A DNA stretch of 64,000 bases from the human T2T-CHM13v2.0 reference genome, Homo sapiens, in the NCBI RefSeq assembly GCF_009914755.1, contig NC_060926.1; one strand, given 5' to 3'. Each line of letters starts with the position of its first letter. The first letter of the stretch is position 1. The notes below the pieces were generated by a model. That model ran no database searches. It saw nothing but the letters and a program-made list of their open reading frames with translations, and had not been told where the DNA came from. Shown here one piece after another: positions 17,301 to 31,750 of the stretch. Made by a program: the position numbers and the translations under genes.

Positions 17301-20287
17301 AATATCCAAAAAAATGAAATAATATCAAGTATCTTCTCTGACTACATGGAATAAAACAAGAAATCAATAACAAGAGGAATTTTGGAAACTATACAAATAC
17401 ATGGAAATTAAACAATATGCTCCTGAAGACCAGTGAATCAATGAAGAAACTAAAAAGGAAATTCAAAATTTTCTTGAAACACATGATAATGGAAATGCAA
17501 CATGCAAAATCCTACAGGATACAGTGAAAACAGTAGTAAGGTGGATGTTTATAGTTTAAGTGTTTCTAAACTAGGTTTGTAGTTTAAGTGCCTACATCAA
17601 AAAAGCAGAAAAACTTCAAATAAACTACCTAATGATATATCTTAAAGAACTAGCAAAGCAAGAGCAAACCAAACCCAAAATTAATATAAGAAAAGAAATA
17701 ATAAAAATCAGAGCAGGAAAAATGAAATGAAGAAAGTACATAATCAACAAAATGAAAAGTTGATTTTATGAAAAGATAAACAAAATCAACAAACCTTCAG
17801 CCAAACTAAGAAAATAAAAGAGAGAAGACCCAAATAAATAAAATCAGAGATGAAAAAAGAAACATTACAATAGATGGCACATAAATTCAAAGGATCATTA
17901 GTGGCTACTATTAGCAATTTATTATACCAATAAACTGGAAAACCTAGAAGAAATGGAGAAATTCCTAGAAACATACAACCTACCGGGATTGGACCATGAG
18001 GATATCCAAAAACTAAACAGACCAATATCAAGTAATAAGATCAAAACCATAATAAAGGGTCTCCCAGCAAAGAAAAGCCCAGGACCTGATAGCTTAGAAT
18101 TCAGTACTGAATTCTACCAAACATTTAAAGAAGAATACCAATCCTACTAAGCTATTCTGAAAAATAGAGGTGGAGGGAATAATTACAAACTTATTCCATG
18201 AGGCCTGTATTACTTTTACCAAAACCAGACAAAGACATATCAAACAAAGAAAACTACAGAGAAAAAAAACTACAAGCCAATATCCCTGATTTTTGCATCC
18301 CTGATGCAAAAATCTTGAACAAAATACTAGCAAACTGAATTCAACAATACATTCATCATGATCAAGTGGGATTTATCCCAAGAATGCAAGAATGATTCAA
18401 CATACACAAATTAGTCAGTGTGATACATCATATCAACAGAATGAAGGACAAAAACTATATAATAATTTCAATTGATACTGAAAAAGCATTTGATAAAATT
18501 CAACATCCCTTAATGATTAAAAAAAAAACTTTAAAAACTGGGTATAGAAGGAACATACATCAACTTAATAAAAGCCATATATGACAGACCCACAGCTAGT
18601 ATCATACTGCATGGAGAAAAGCTGATAGTCTTTCCTCTTAGATGTGGAAAATAACAAGGATGTCCACTTTCACAACTGTTATCAACAAAGTACTGGAAGT
18701 CCTAGTTGGAGCAATCAGACAAGAGAAAGAAATAAAGCACATCCAAATTAGAAAGGAAGAAATTAACTTATCCTTGTGTGCAGTTGATATGATCTTATAT
18801 TTGGAAAAACCTAAAGACTCCACCAAAAATACTGTTAGAATTGATAAATTCAGTAAAGTTACAGGATATAAAATCAACGTACAAAAATTAGTAGCATCTC
18901 TATATGCCAAGAGTGAACAATCTGAAAAGGAAATCAAGAAATCAAGAATCCCATTTACAATAGCTACAAAAAGATAAAATACCTAGGACTTAACCAAAGA
19001 AGTAAAAAGACCTCTATGATAAAAACTATAAAACACTGGTGAAAGAAATTGAAGAAGACACAGTAAAATGGAAAGATATTCCATGTCAATGGATTGGAAG
19101 AATCAATATTGTTAAAATGTCCATCCTACCAAAAGCAGTCTATAGATTCAGTGCAACCCCCATCAAAATACCTATGACATTCTTTATAGAAATAGAAAAA
19201 AAAAAAACGCTAAAACTTATATGGAACCACATAAGACCCAGAATAGCCAAAGCTATCCTGAGCAAAATGATTAAAACTGGAGGAATCACATTACCTGATT
19301 TCAAATTATACTACAGAGCTATAATCAACAAAACAGCATGGTACTGGCATAAAAACAGACACACAGCCCAATAGAACAGGAGAGAGAACCTATAGATAAA
19401 TCCATACATCTACAGTGAACTCATTTTTGACAAAGTTGCCAAGAACATACTTTAGTTGACAGTCTCTTCAATAAATGGTGCTGGGAAATCTGGATATTCA
19501 TATGCAGAAAAGTGAAACCAGACCCCCATCTTGCCATATTAAAAAAGTTAAAATGGATTAAAGGCTTAAATCTAAGACCTCAAACTATGAATCTACTGTG
19601 AGGAAACATTGAAGAAGCTCTCCAGGACCTTGGATTGGGCAAAGATTCCTTGAGTAATACTCCACAGGCACAGACAAACAAAGCAAAAGTAGACAAATGG
19701 GATCACACCAATTAAAAAGCTTGTCCATAGCAAAAGAAGCAATCAATAAAATGAACAGAGAACACAGAGAATGGGAGAAAATATTTGCAAACTACCTATC
19801 TGATGAGAGATTAAGAACCAGAATATATAAGATGGTCAAACAACTCTGTAGGAAAAACTCTAATAATCCAATTTTAAAATGGGCAAAAGATCTGAATAGA
19901 CATTTCTCAAAAGAAGACATACAAATGGCAAAAAGGCATACAGAAAGGTGCTCAATGTCACTGATCATCAGAGAAACCCAAATCAAAACTACAATAAGAT
20001 ATCATCTCGCCCTAGTTAAAATGGCTTATATCCAAAAGACAGACAGTAACAAATGCAGGTGAGAATGTGGAGAAAAGGGAACGCTTGTACACTGTTGGTG
20101 AGAATGTAAATTAGTACAACCACTGTGAAGAACAGTTTGGAGATTCCTTAAAAAACTAAAACGAGAGCTACCATATGATCCAGCAATCCTACTGCTATAT
20201 ATACCCAAAGAAAGGAAATCAGTATATTGAAGATATATCTGCACTCCCATGTTTATTGCCGCACTACTCACAAAAGCCAAGATATGA

Positions 20288-20807
<520 letters not shown>

Positions 20808-21189
20808 TAAAACAATTGAACTTGTGGAGTTAGAGAGTAGAATGATGGCTACCAGATGTTGGGTAGAGTAGTGGTAGGTAGGGTTAATAGTAGGGATGGT
20901 TAATGAATATTTTAAAAAATGAAAGAATGAAGGAGATCTAGTATTTGATGGCACAACAGAGTGACTACAGTCAATAATTTAATTGCACATTTAAAAATAA
21001 CTAAAAGAGAATAATTCATTGTTTGTAACACAAAGGATCCATGTTTGAGGTGATCGATACCCCATTTACCCTGATGTAATTATTATTCATTGTATGCCTG
21101 TATGAGAATATCTCATGTATCCCACAAATATATACATCTACTATATAACCACAAAAATAAGAAATAAATAAGTAAAATGTATTGGCATA

Positions 21190-23400
21190 ATGTTTTCATG
21201 ATGTCATCTTCAGATCTCTTAGACTATAGTGTCTATTTTGATTACTTCATTTCCATTGTTGATATTAGTTTCTGGTTACTTCTCTTTTTTTGCTTTGTCA
21301 CTTCTGTTAGTCTTAAAATAAGGACTATTTGGCTTTGTTGAGTCTATTATGTTTGTTTTCTATTTCATTAATTTGTCTTTATTTTATTATGCTTTTTGTT
21401 TTTCTAACATATATTTGAAGCTGCATTCTCCAATTTTTGGCATGTTGATATCTGTTCACTCTAATTTAACAGAAATTATTATTAAATTTTCATTTAAATT
21501 TTTTAAGCTGTGAGTTATTAAGAAGTGTTTTACTAAATTTCCAAATATATGGGTATTTCTCATTGTGCTTTTGTTATTCATTACTAGCTTAATTCCTCTC
21601 TGATCAGAGAATATAGTCTGATGATCTGAGACCTTTTAATTTATTGAGACTTGTTTTATAGTTTTTATATAGTCATTCTTTGTAAATGTTCCATGTTAAT
21701 TTGAAAAGAAAAGTATATTATACTCTTGTGGGAATCAGTGTTCCATATACACCAGTTAGCTCAATTTGTAAATGGAGTTGTTCGACACTTCTATACCTTT
21801 ACTCCTCCTCCTCAAAATTTCCTCCTCCTTTTTTTTGTTCAGTTTTAGCATTTAAAATTTATTTATTCTAGTACTGAACTTACAGGATATCCTTTTTCTT
21901 GTCTCTTAAGCCAAATAATTCACTTCTTTTCAATCTTTCTTGTTTAATAATTAAATTAAAAATAAAGTTAAGACTATAAATTTTCTTGGGTGTAACTTCA
22001 GCTTTATCCCATAATTATAATGTGTAATTTCTTTTGTTTATTGTTTCACTCTTTAAAAACTGCCAACTAGTTTTTTATTTCACTTAAAAAATAACACAGG
22101 ACATTTTATAAAATGATTGCTCTGTATTCTTAAAAAATGTCAATATTATCAAAGATAAAGAAAGGCTAAGAAACTGTCTTGGAATAAAGAAGATAAAGAA
22201 ACATGGCAACGGAATGAAATATTTGATCCTGGTCTGAAATCTGTGTCAGAATAGATTTTGCTAGAAAAGACAGAACTGGAATGATTGAAAAAATTGAAGT
22301 ATTTGATTGCTGATTAGATAAAAATATTACATTTAGGTTTTTATTCTTAAATTTGATAACTGTATTGTGATATTGTAAAAGAATATTCTTGTTTTTGGAA
22401 AGTACACCTTAAAAGTATTAAGAGATAAAGGGGTATAAGCAAGCATTATTCTCAAATAATTCAGAAAACACTTATATATGGGTATATATATTTATATCTT
22501 TAATATATATATCTTTTATATATATATTATAAATATATATCTTTAAGATATATATAGAGAAAAGCAGAGGGCAAATGATAAGGCAAATATGGCAAATTTA
22601 GGAAAATATAATTTTACAGAGAATATGCATATTTTTAAGAAATCACAAATTGAGTCAAACAATACATAAAATTATACACCTTTTTTCATTTATCAGTATG
22701 TCTTGGCATCTTTCCACATCAGCAACTATAAAACTATCTCACTCTTAATTGATGGGCATTTCATCGTGTATATTATCATAACCACTGGATAATATTTAGA
22801 TTAATCACTTATTGAAACAATGCAGTGCTGCCCATTCCTGTGCTTATAGCTTTGCATACGTGTGCATGTATCTATATATATATATTTAGGATAAAGAAGA
22901 TTTAACATTTTTACTGGTATTACCAAGTTGTACTTCAAAGAGGTTCAACAATTTACATTTCCAATAACACATATGAGAATGCCTGATGACTAACCTGCCA
23001 ACAATGAATACTGCTAAGTATTTAAATATTTGCTGGAATCCTGGGTAAATTAAAATTGAGTCCTTCTATAATTGCAATTCTTTGACATTTTTACAATATT
23101 GAACTTTTAAGTTTTAGTAGAGCTTTGATCTTTTACAAATATATAGGTTCAACATGTTCGTTTGCTAAATTTATTGTCATAATTTACCTTTTGTGTAACT
23201 GTAAGAAATAGGTTTTGTCTTATGTATTGGATATTGCCATTAAAAATACATCTGGTTTTAGCATTATACCAGAGAATGTGATATAAAATTGTCCCAGTTA
23301 GATTGTGTCTTTCACTGAGATATTGGAAAAAGAAATGAGTTTAATATGAGGTCTTACATTGCTACATTGGTCACAGATATCATGTCAAGTTAGGTTTTTC
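21190..23400. mobile_element. Mosaic of ancient L1M fragments, including the continuation of the minus-strand L1 at ~12680-12770 into which L1MA2 inserted
   Basis: T-rich antisense L1 ORF2-like motifs (gatcagagaatatagtctg, aaatgttccatgt..ttgaaaagaa); boundaries approximate. Confidence 0.5.
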
Positions 23401-23533
23401 AAATTTGAAATATTTTCTTCCTCAAATTAGTGAAATATGAAGAGAATGATGAAAGAATGGCATGAGAAAGGACATTATAAGTAGTTCATATGAGTTGGGT
23501 GAAAGAAATTGATGCTTCAAAGTAATCTATGCT

Positions 23534-24110
23534 TGCGGAGAATAAAGCAACTCCATCTTGTAATTTCTTTTTAGTGATGGGGTCTTACTGTTGTCAAGGT
23601 GGTCTCGAATTCCTGGGCTCAAACAATCCTCCCAACTCAGCCTCCTAAAGTTCTCGTATTACATGTGTGAGCCACTGCACTAGGCCAGCAACTCCATCTT
23701 GGATGCCAGTCTGCCATGTTGGCATCTCATTAACCCCTCTGCTGAGAATGCCTTTAAGATTTCTACTTTATCCACTGTTACCATAAATCCTGCCCTTAGG
23801 TCAAAACAACCTTGACATTAAACCCTGCCATTGGGCAGATTCACATAGCATTATTGCCTTTCCCTGAGGGATCGTCTTCAATTGTCCTACACATTCCTTC
23901 CCTATGATGCATCAGCCCTGGGTCTAGGGGGTAAAGGTGTTAGGACCCACTATCTCCTCTCACGGCTGCCTGGACATTATGACTTCTGTTCGTAAGTCAC
24001 TATTAAATGTTCCTTTCTGAGAAACTGGATTTGTCCAGCTTCTTTCTTTGGCCTCTCAGTTTTTCAGCCTTTGTGGATAGGTTTGCATAGACCTGCTTGC
24101 CACCGAAAAA
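23534..24110 (+). mobile_element. ERV1/MER4-group solo LTR (MER93-like)
   Basis: Begins tgcggagaataaagcaactccatcttg; attaaa poly(A)-type signal near 24002; 4-bp TSD tgct at 23530-23533 and 24111-24114. Confidence 0.7.
23561..23686 (-). mobile_element. Monomeric Alu (FLAM-like) inserted in the LTR
   Basis: Left arm only; perfect 15-bp TSD agcaactccatcttg at 23546-23560 and 23687-23701. Confidence 0.85.
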
Positions 24111-25059
24111 TGCTCATCAGTACTACCAAAATATTTGAAATAATTTATACATTTTATTTTCAAATATAATCAACGTGATACAGACTCTGAAATTTATCAC
24201 CAGCCTTGACTTCCCTCTTGAACTCTAAAGGAGGTATCTAACAACTCGACCTCCCCATTGAGTCTACCAGGCATTTCAAAATTAATATGACCAAAATATA
24301 ATTCTTGATTTTCTACATCAAATCTGTTCCTTGCCCAGACTTTCCACTTGCTTAGGCCAAACATTTAGGAGTTATCATTAACTACTCTCTTGCTCACACA
24401 CACATCAATCTTCAGCCAGCATAGTAGACTCCTCTTTCAGTAATAACTCATAAGCAGCCACCTCCCTCTGCCTCCAATGCAGAGGGAGTTGCTGAACAAG
24501 AGACCAGTTCAGCTGGATTTCTCAATCATATCATTGGTCTCTGTCTGTACTGCTGTTTCCCCATAATCCTTTCAGCAGTGGTTAGAGTAAACTTTTAAAA
24601 ATGTAGAATGGGTCATTTCACTTCAGTGCTTAAAACCCTCTGAAGCCTTCTCTTTATATTTATACTTTAAAATCAAATAAAACAAAATTTAAGACCCTAA
24701 CTATGGCTAACACCATCACGATCCAGCCTCTGGCGTCTTCTCTCTAGTATTAGGGTCTGTCTCATGCTCACTCCACTCTAGCCAATCAGCCTTTCTACTT
24801 GTGTTCCTGGACCAGGCCCAGCTTGTTTTCTCTTGGCTTTACACTTGTGTTATACCCTCTGCCTGAAATACTCTTCCCTGAAACGTTCCATGGATTGCCC
24901 CTCAACGTAATTTAGGTCTCTCTCCAAGAGTCATTCCTCAGAGGGACCTGACCCAACCTAAGAGAGCTTCTCACCCATAATTCTCTACTCCCTAATCTTG
25001 TTTAATTTTTCTCCATAAAACTTATCACTTACCAAAATTTGTATGTATTTGTTTATTTT

Positions 25060-25319
25060 TAGTTTGACACAGGGTCTCACTCTGTTGCCTGGGCTGGGTA
25101 GGATCGTAGCTTACTGCAGCCTTAACCTCCCAGTCTCCAGTGATCCTCCTGTCTCAGCCTCCTGAGTAGCATACACCACAATGCCCAGCATTTTTTTTTT
25201 TTTTTTCAGAAGAGACAAGGTCTTGCTGTGTTGCCAAGGAAGTTCTCAAACTCAAGCAGTCCTCCCACCTTGGCCTCCCAAAGTGCTAGGATTACAGGCA
25301 TGAGCCACCACACTTGGCC
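25060..25319 (-). mobile_element. Alu (AluJ-like, with deletions)
   Basis: Antisense Alu motifs ending cacttggcc. Confidence 0.85.
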
Positions 25320-25362
25320 AGTTTATTTCTCAGTTTGCCTCCCTCACTAAAATGTGAGCCTG

Positions 25363-25685
25363 GGCCAGGAGTTGGTGGCTCACACCTATAGTCCCTGCAC
25401 TTTGGGAGGCCAAGGCGGGAGTATCACTTGAGCCCAGTTCAAAACCAGCCTGAGCAGGATGGCGAGACCCCATCTCTAAAAAAATAAAAATAAAATAAAA
25501 TAAAATAGAATAAAATAGCCAGGCTTGGTGGCTCACACCTCTAATCTAAGCTACTCAGGAAGGTTAGGCAAAGGAATCCCTTGAGCCCAGGGGTTCATGG
25601 CAGCAGTGAGCGGTAATCACATGACTATACTCCAGTCTGGGTGACAGAGTGAGACCCCATCTCTAAAAAAATAATAATAATAAAT
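25363..25685 (+). mobile_element. Alu (AluJ-like) with (AAAAT)n-expanded linker
   Basis: Dimeric Alu with A-rich tail. Confidence 0.85.
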
Positions 25686-25983
25686 GAAAAAATGTGCTTT
25701 ATGAAGGCAAGGCCTCATTCCTTACCACACTGTGTCTCCTTAGCATATATCCAATCCAGGGTCCTATCCCTATCTAACATCCTCTATACTTATTTCCCTG
25801 TTTATTAACTCTCACTCCCAGAATTCTATAAGCTCCTCAAGGGCAAGAATTATTTTCTAATCTTATTTATCCCCAGAACCCAAAACAGTGCTTATACAGT
25901 ATTTGTGCTAAACAAGTATTTGCTAAATAAATGAATGCTATATATAATTTAATGGGGGTTTTTTTTGGTGTTTTTCACCTTAC

Positions 25984-26214
25984 CTTGATTGCTTTTTGAA
26001 TATTTACGCACGAATCTCTTATGGTCTTCAGTAACTTATTGAACCGTCCCATCTCTTGGACAAGTACAGTGTTCATGCTCTGAGTATAAGTTGTTGGGTA
26101 CCTCCTCATGGCAGCCTCGATGTCGAAGTTGTTTGGAAGTTTGCCCAAGATGTCACTAGCGACCTCATTCACTACTTCATCTGATGATTTTGCACCAGCA
26201 CCTGCTGAACGAGA
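25984..26214 (-). CDS. DNAH7: DNAH7 coding exon (probably 61), 231 nt, [15 protein letters not shown]...IQKAIK
   Basis: Acceptor tcatag|TCT, donor AAG|gtaagg; SMNTVLVQE motif. Confidence 0.96.
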
Positions 26215-27091
26215 CTATGAAGAATCCAAACTATAACTCAAAAATCCTCATAAAGGTCTAAGAATAGCTGAATAGGAAAAATCCTAAGGTAAATCTTTAT
26301 AAGAAAGAACATTGCTCTCTATTTTATCCATGATCCATCTCCACACAAGATTTATTAAAGTGATGGTAACAGGCAGGAGGATGGATTTTCAAGGGAAAAC
26401 TATTGTTAGAGAGGAGGAATAAGGGCATGTAATGTGTTCAGAGGCAAAAGAGGATCTGGAGAAAGCAAATAAGCTGTATGCTTGGCTGCCAGGGTACAGG
26501 GGGAGTTGCAGATGCTGCAGATAGTGGAAGAAAAAGCATTGCACTGGTGGAGTGGCCAAGCGATGGCGGGCATTAAAACCCAGATAGGGGAAATCTCATC
26601 TTGCTTTGAGAAAGCATGCCACAAAATATATTTGCCAATAACTCTGGTGTCTACTGGTTGCCAAAAGCAGAGATATAGTTTTCTCCTTGAACCAGGAGAG
26701 AAAGAAAATAAGCTCATCTCCTCTAAGCAGCTGGAAGAGTTATGGACGAAAGACAGACTTTAGTGATTCACGTTGGAAGCAAAGAAGGAGAATTTCAATT
26801 CCATTTTTGTTTTTTATATTTATGGTGGCATTGTGTAAATGAATCTATATTTTCTGAAAAAAAAATTAAATCCTCAGAACAAATGAATATGGGGTATGTG
26901 TTGAAAGAAAACAAGTACTATTAGAACATAAATAAATACATCTCATGTTTTACCAGTCAAAGGAAACTGTGTTTAGTCTTCTTTTAGATTTTGTTTCCTG
27001 GTTTCTGTACTATAAATATTAACATGCTCAAAATTGATTCTGAAAATATTAACTTTTTTATTGTTTTTTAATATTAATTATTTTTACCTAA

Positions 27092-27412
<321 letters not shown>

Positions 27413-28193
27413 TGATTTTAACACTACTTACCACATACCACCATAATATCCTATACAGTTACACAATAAAATAATTAAATGTTGGTACATTTTAATTATG
27501 GGCTATTAAAAAAGAGATATGCTCGTATAATAATCCTTTATTATGATTCCATAGTACCGGGTTTACAACAAAATATAAAAAACAAATCATAGAGAACGAA
27601 AAGTATTTGGCTAAAACTAATGAAATATCTAATTCCATTATATTTAAAGAATCTATGCTGATTTCCAGTAGTATTTTGGTGTGCATAAAAGGCAGCAAAA
27701 ACTCATTAAAATATTCCCATATTCTAACAAGAGCTGTGCCTCTGCAAAAAAAAAAACAAATCCAGGTCTATGGTTCTTCAAAAAACGTAAAAAAAAAAAA
27801 TTTAATAACGCAAACATTCCCCTTACCTATTTCTCACACACAAAGATCACATGATTACGGTGATAGGTTTTTGAAAGTAATATCCAACTGATACTGATAA
27901 TTAAGAGCAATTGGGTCCTATTTATTTATAATTATTTATCTTAGCTTTTTCTTCTTTACTATCTTTCTTTAGAGTTATCACAAATAGCATCTGGAATCTT
28001 CTAAGGGTTATTTTCCTCTTAAAGATAAGTGGAATTCATTTTCAGAGACATCAGAAAGTTTAACCTTTTCAGAGATCCTAGACTATTATCTAGTTTTATA
28101 ATATTCTAAGTTGAAACAATTTTTCTATTCTAAATAGTGTGTGGCAGTTAACCACAAGCAAAGGAGCTCTGCACAAGCAAACTTCTTAGCTCT

Positions 28194-28321
28194 GATAGCT
28201 TCCTCTTTTATTTTTTCCAAGATAAATTAGTTAAATACAAAAAGTCTTGTCATCATTAACTTGCTCTCCAAGCTCTGCAGTTCTGGTCTCTTTACCTCTG
28301 AATTGTGATAAACCCAATCTA
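28194..28321 (+). repeat. Copy 1 of a 128-bp dispersed direct repeat
   Basis: Near-identical to 29333-29458. Confidence 0.95.
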
Positions 28322-28859
28322 GAATCACTGAACTACTGCTCACCCATTACTATAATTGTATTCGCCAACCTGAGTTTGAGGATTGAAAGAGGCTGTTTAA
28401 TTATTTACTGAAAAGATACCCCTTGTGTATTTAAACTTATTTGTCTGGTTCAGAGTCATTTTCTGTTGGAATGACCCCACTGTTTTACGTATTCTGTAAT
28501 GTGGCACACCCCGTCAAGTTTAAGTAAAGCCAAAAGACACTGTTAATGTCCTGTTGTCAGACTGTTGTGTATTACATGCAATCTAATGCTCCTAAAGAGC
28601 TACTCATTCATGTTTGCACATATACTTTTATGCCCAGGCAATAACTGATTTTAGTGCTATCAATATCTAAAATGGATGTAAAAATAGTCTTTGTTCCTTT
28701 TCCCTTATTAGAAAATGTCATAGTAGAGTAGACCAGAGATAGGAGTTCCATGGACTCTTCCATTATTCCATTATGCTATTACTAATGAATAGTCCACATT
28801 ATCCTTCTAATTTTTAGCTTTTTAAGAATCTCTGGCTATCTGCCTTTCAGAATCTGGAA

Positions 28860-29130
28860 AGAGAATATAGCACAGTGGTTTAGAACACAAGATTCTGGAG
28901 CCAAACTGGTAGGAGCCAGACCGCTTGGTTTTGAGTCCTGATTTGAAATCGTACTAGCTGACTTTGGGCAAACTGCTTAATCTTTCTGTGCCTCACTTTT
29001 CTCACTGTAAAATGGGAATAGTAATAGTTAGACTCTACTTCGAGGGACTGTCATTAGCATTGCATTGTTATACATAATAGCACTTGGAACAGCACTAGTA
29101 CAGAGTAAGCACTATACAAAAGTATTAACT
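28860..29130 (+). mobile_element. MIR
   Basis: tagctgactttgggcaaactgcttaatctttctgtgcctcacttttctcactgtaaaatggg. Confidence 0.8.
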
Positions 29131-29332
29131 GTTGCCATTTTTACTCTGAGATGCCACAAAAAGATCAGTTACAATTCAGTTAATAGGATAATTTGCTTGA
29201 CTGATTATTCTTCCTTAATTCATCAAAATTTTATTGAATCATTATGGGAACTCTTGCCATTTGGACTAATTTCCTTTCAAAAACAAATCAAATTAACAAC
29301 TGAGCATATCTTCTAAAGGAATAACAATACAA

Positions 29333-29458
29333 GATAGCTTCCTCTTTTATTTTTTCCAAGATAAATTAGTTAAATACAAAGTCTTGTCATCATTAACTTG
29401 CTCTCCAAGCTCTGTAGTTCTGGTCTCTTTACCTCTGAATTGTGATAAACCCAATCTA
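29333..29458 (+). repeat. Copy 2 of the dispersed direct repeat (126 bp)
   Basis: Differs from copy 1 by a 2-bp A-run indel and one C/T. Confidence 0.95.
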
Positions 29459-30054
29459 TCTCTTAATAGACAAGCAAGATTAGCAGATGTTCTTCATTAA
29501 AATGTACTGACCTGTGCTCACGGCAGCTAAATTCTGGTGTCTTTGCAGATTGCTTTCCCACACCCCAGTGCGCTTATGCACTCTCCAGGAGAGCTGCATC
29601 TACAAATTCTTCTCCTATACTTTTAAATTCATTTTGTACTTACTATTGCAATTATATTTTAAATGTTATACTAATATAAATCTGAAAAAATATGAGTGTG
29701 AATGAAACTGTGTCCATGTAAATCAGTTTAAATGTTCTGGAACAGCTGTTGAAATACTAGGGGACTGGAAAATAAAATAGGTAAAATTTTAGATGAATTC
29801 TCTCATCAAACTGCTTCCCAAGTATCTTTGCAATTCTTCTTCCTCTTTAAAGAAATTTAAAAGGGACACAATGTATGATGTATTTAGGTAGGGCAAGAAA
29901 GGGAAAATGAAACTCCTAGAAGCAGAATGATACTTAAAGAATATATCTGGGTTCCCAAAAAAAGATAGATGAAAAAAAAAAAAAAACACACGTTCAGGTA
30001 CTTAGTGTTCAAATCCTTATTTAAGTTATGTATGTATTTTTGTCTTTTCCTTTA

Positions 30055-30348
<294 letters not shown>

Positions 30349-30489
30349 TTACTTTCTAGAACTTTTCACAGAAAAGAGGCAGTTTTCAATACTCAAGTTA
30401 TTGACTGGATAGGCCTGTGACACTGGACATTGAGTGCTTTCACTTTCTTTCAGCCTGGGCCAAAGTTTAAAAAAAAATATGAACAGCTA

Positions 30490-30795
<306 letters not shown>

Positions 30796-31589
30796 ATGTA
30801 TTTACAGAGAAAAAGAAAATGTACCTTTCAATTGGAATGGGTTTTTTAATGGGGGGGAGGGGAATCCTGGTAACTTCATTTAGAAATTACCTACAGAGAA
30901 ATCTTTGTGTCATATTTTGCTGATGATTATTCTTATCACAATAAAAATATTTTTTTTCTGATTTACTCTGATTATTCTGTTTACTCTTACTGTAAAAAAT
31001 TCACCCAATTCAAAAAAGTAAAAATTATTTAAAATTCTATTATTCTGATAATCACCATTAACATTATACTTCTTTTTATGCATACACACATATTTTATAT
31101 TTTATTTAAATGGACGTCTATTAAAATTTCATACCTTCCTTGATGCTCATAGAATCATATACAAACATCCACACACACACATGGCAAAGGGGGTTTGGTC
31201 ATGGATGGCTTTATGATTTGGGTCACTTTGCAAACACCTTACTTCATCTTGCTTTTTTCTCACTTGGCAATTCATCATTGGAGATCTTGTTACCCCAGCT
31301 CCCATGTTGACTTGCTGTACCCAACAGTGACCTAGGCTTTGGGAGTGATTTTTCCCTTTATCTATACCAACATCTGCCCTTGGCTAGCATTAATCCTAGT
31401 GGAAGATGAGGTTAGGGTTGGGGGGTTACAGTATGTGTTTCTGTTGCTTGTGTTTAACTTTCAATATATGCCCTTTGACTTCTGGGAATAACATGAGAAC
31501 CAACTTGATTGTCTTAGCAATCTCTAGAAATCCACTGTGATCATCAGAAGGCAGTGGACAGGACTGGAGAAGAGCAGAAGGGAATCTTG

Positions 31590-31750
31590 GTCTTGTGCTG
31601 CAGGTGGGTCTGTGACTCGCTGCCACCTTCTTACCTGTGTGGCCTTGGGCAAATTATTCTACTGTAATGAACCTGCTTTCTCATTTGTAAAAGGGATAAA
31701 ATAATAATACCAATGTTAATTTGATGCTCTAGTGAGATAATTACTTGCAA
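31590..31750 (+). mobile_element. MIR fragment
   Basis: ctgtgtggccttgggcaaatta..tttctcatttgtaaaagggataa. Confidence 0.65.

Larger units (their letters stand above)
24170..25935 (+). mobile_element. L2 LINE fragments interrupted by two Alus
   Basis: L2 motifs (gtcatttcacttcagtgcttaaaaccctc, ctctgcctgaaatactcttccc) and 3' end aagtatttgctaaataaatgaatg. Confidence 0.65.

Noticed and set aside
26406-26763. Overlapping 103-aa and 93-aa ORFs next to an exon
   Set aside because: No recognisable homology or splice support; DNAH7 frame is complete without them
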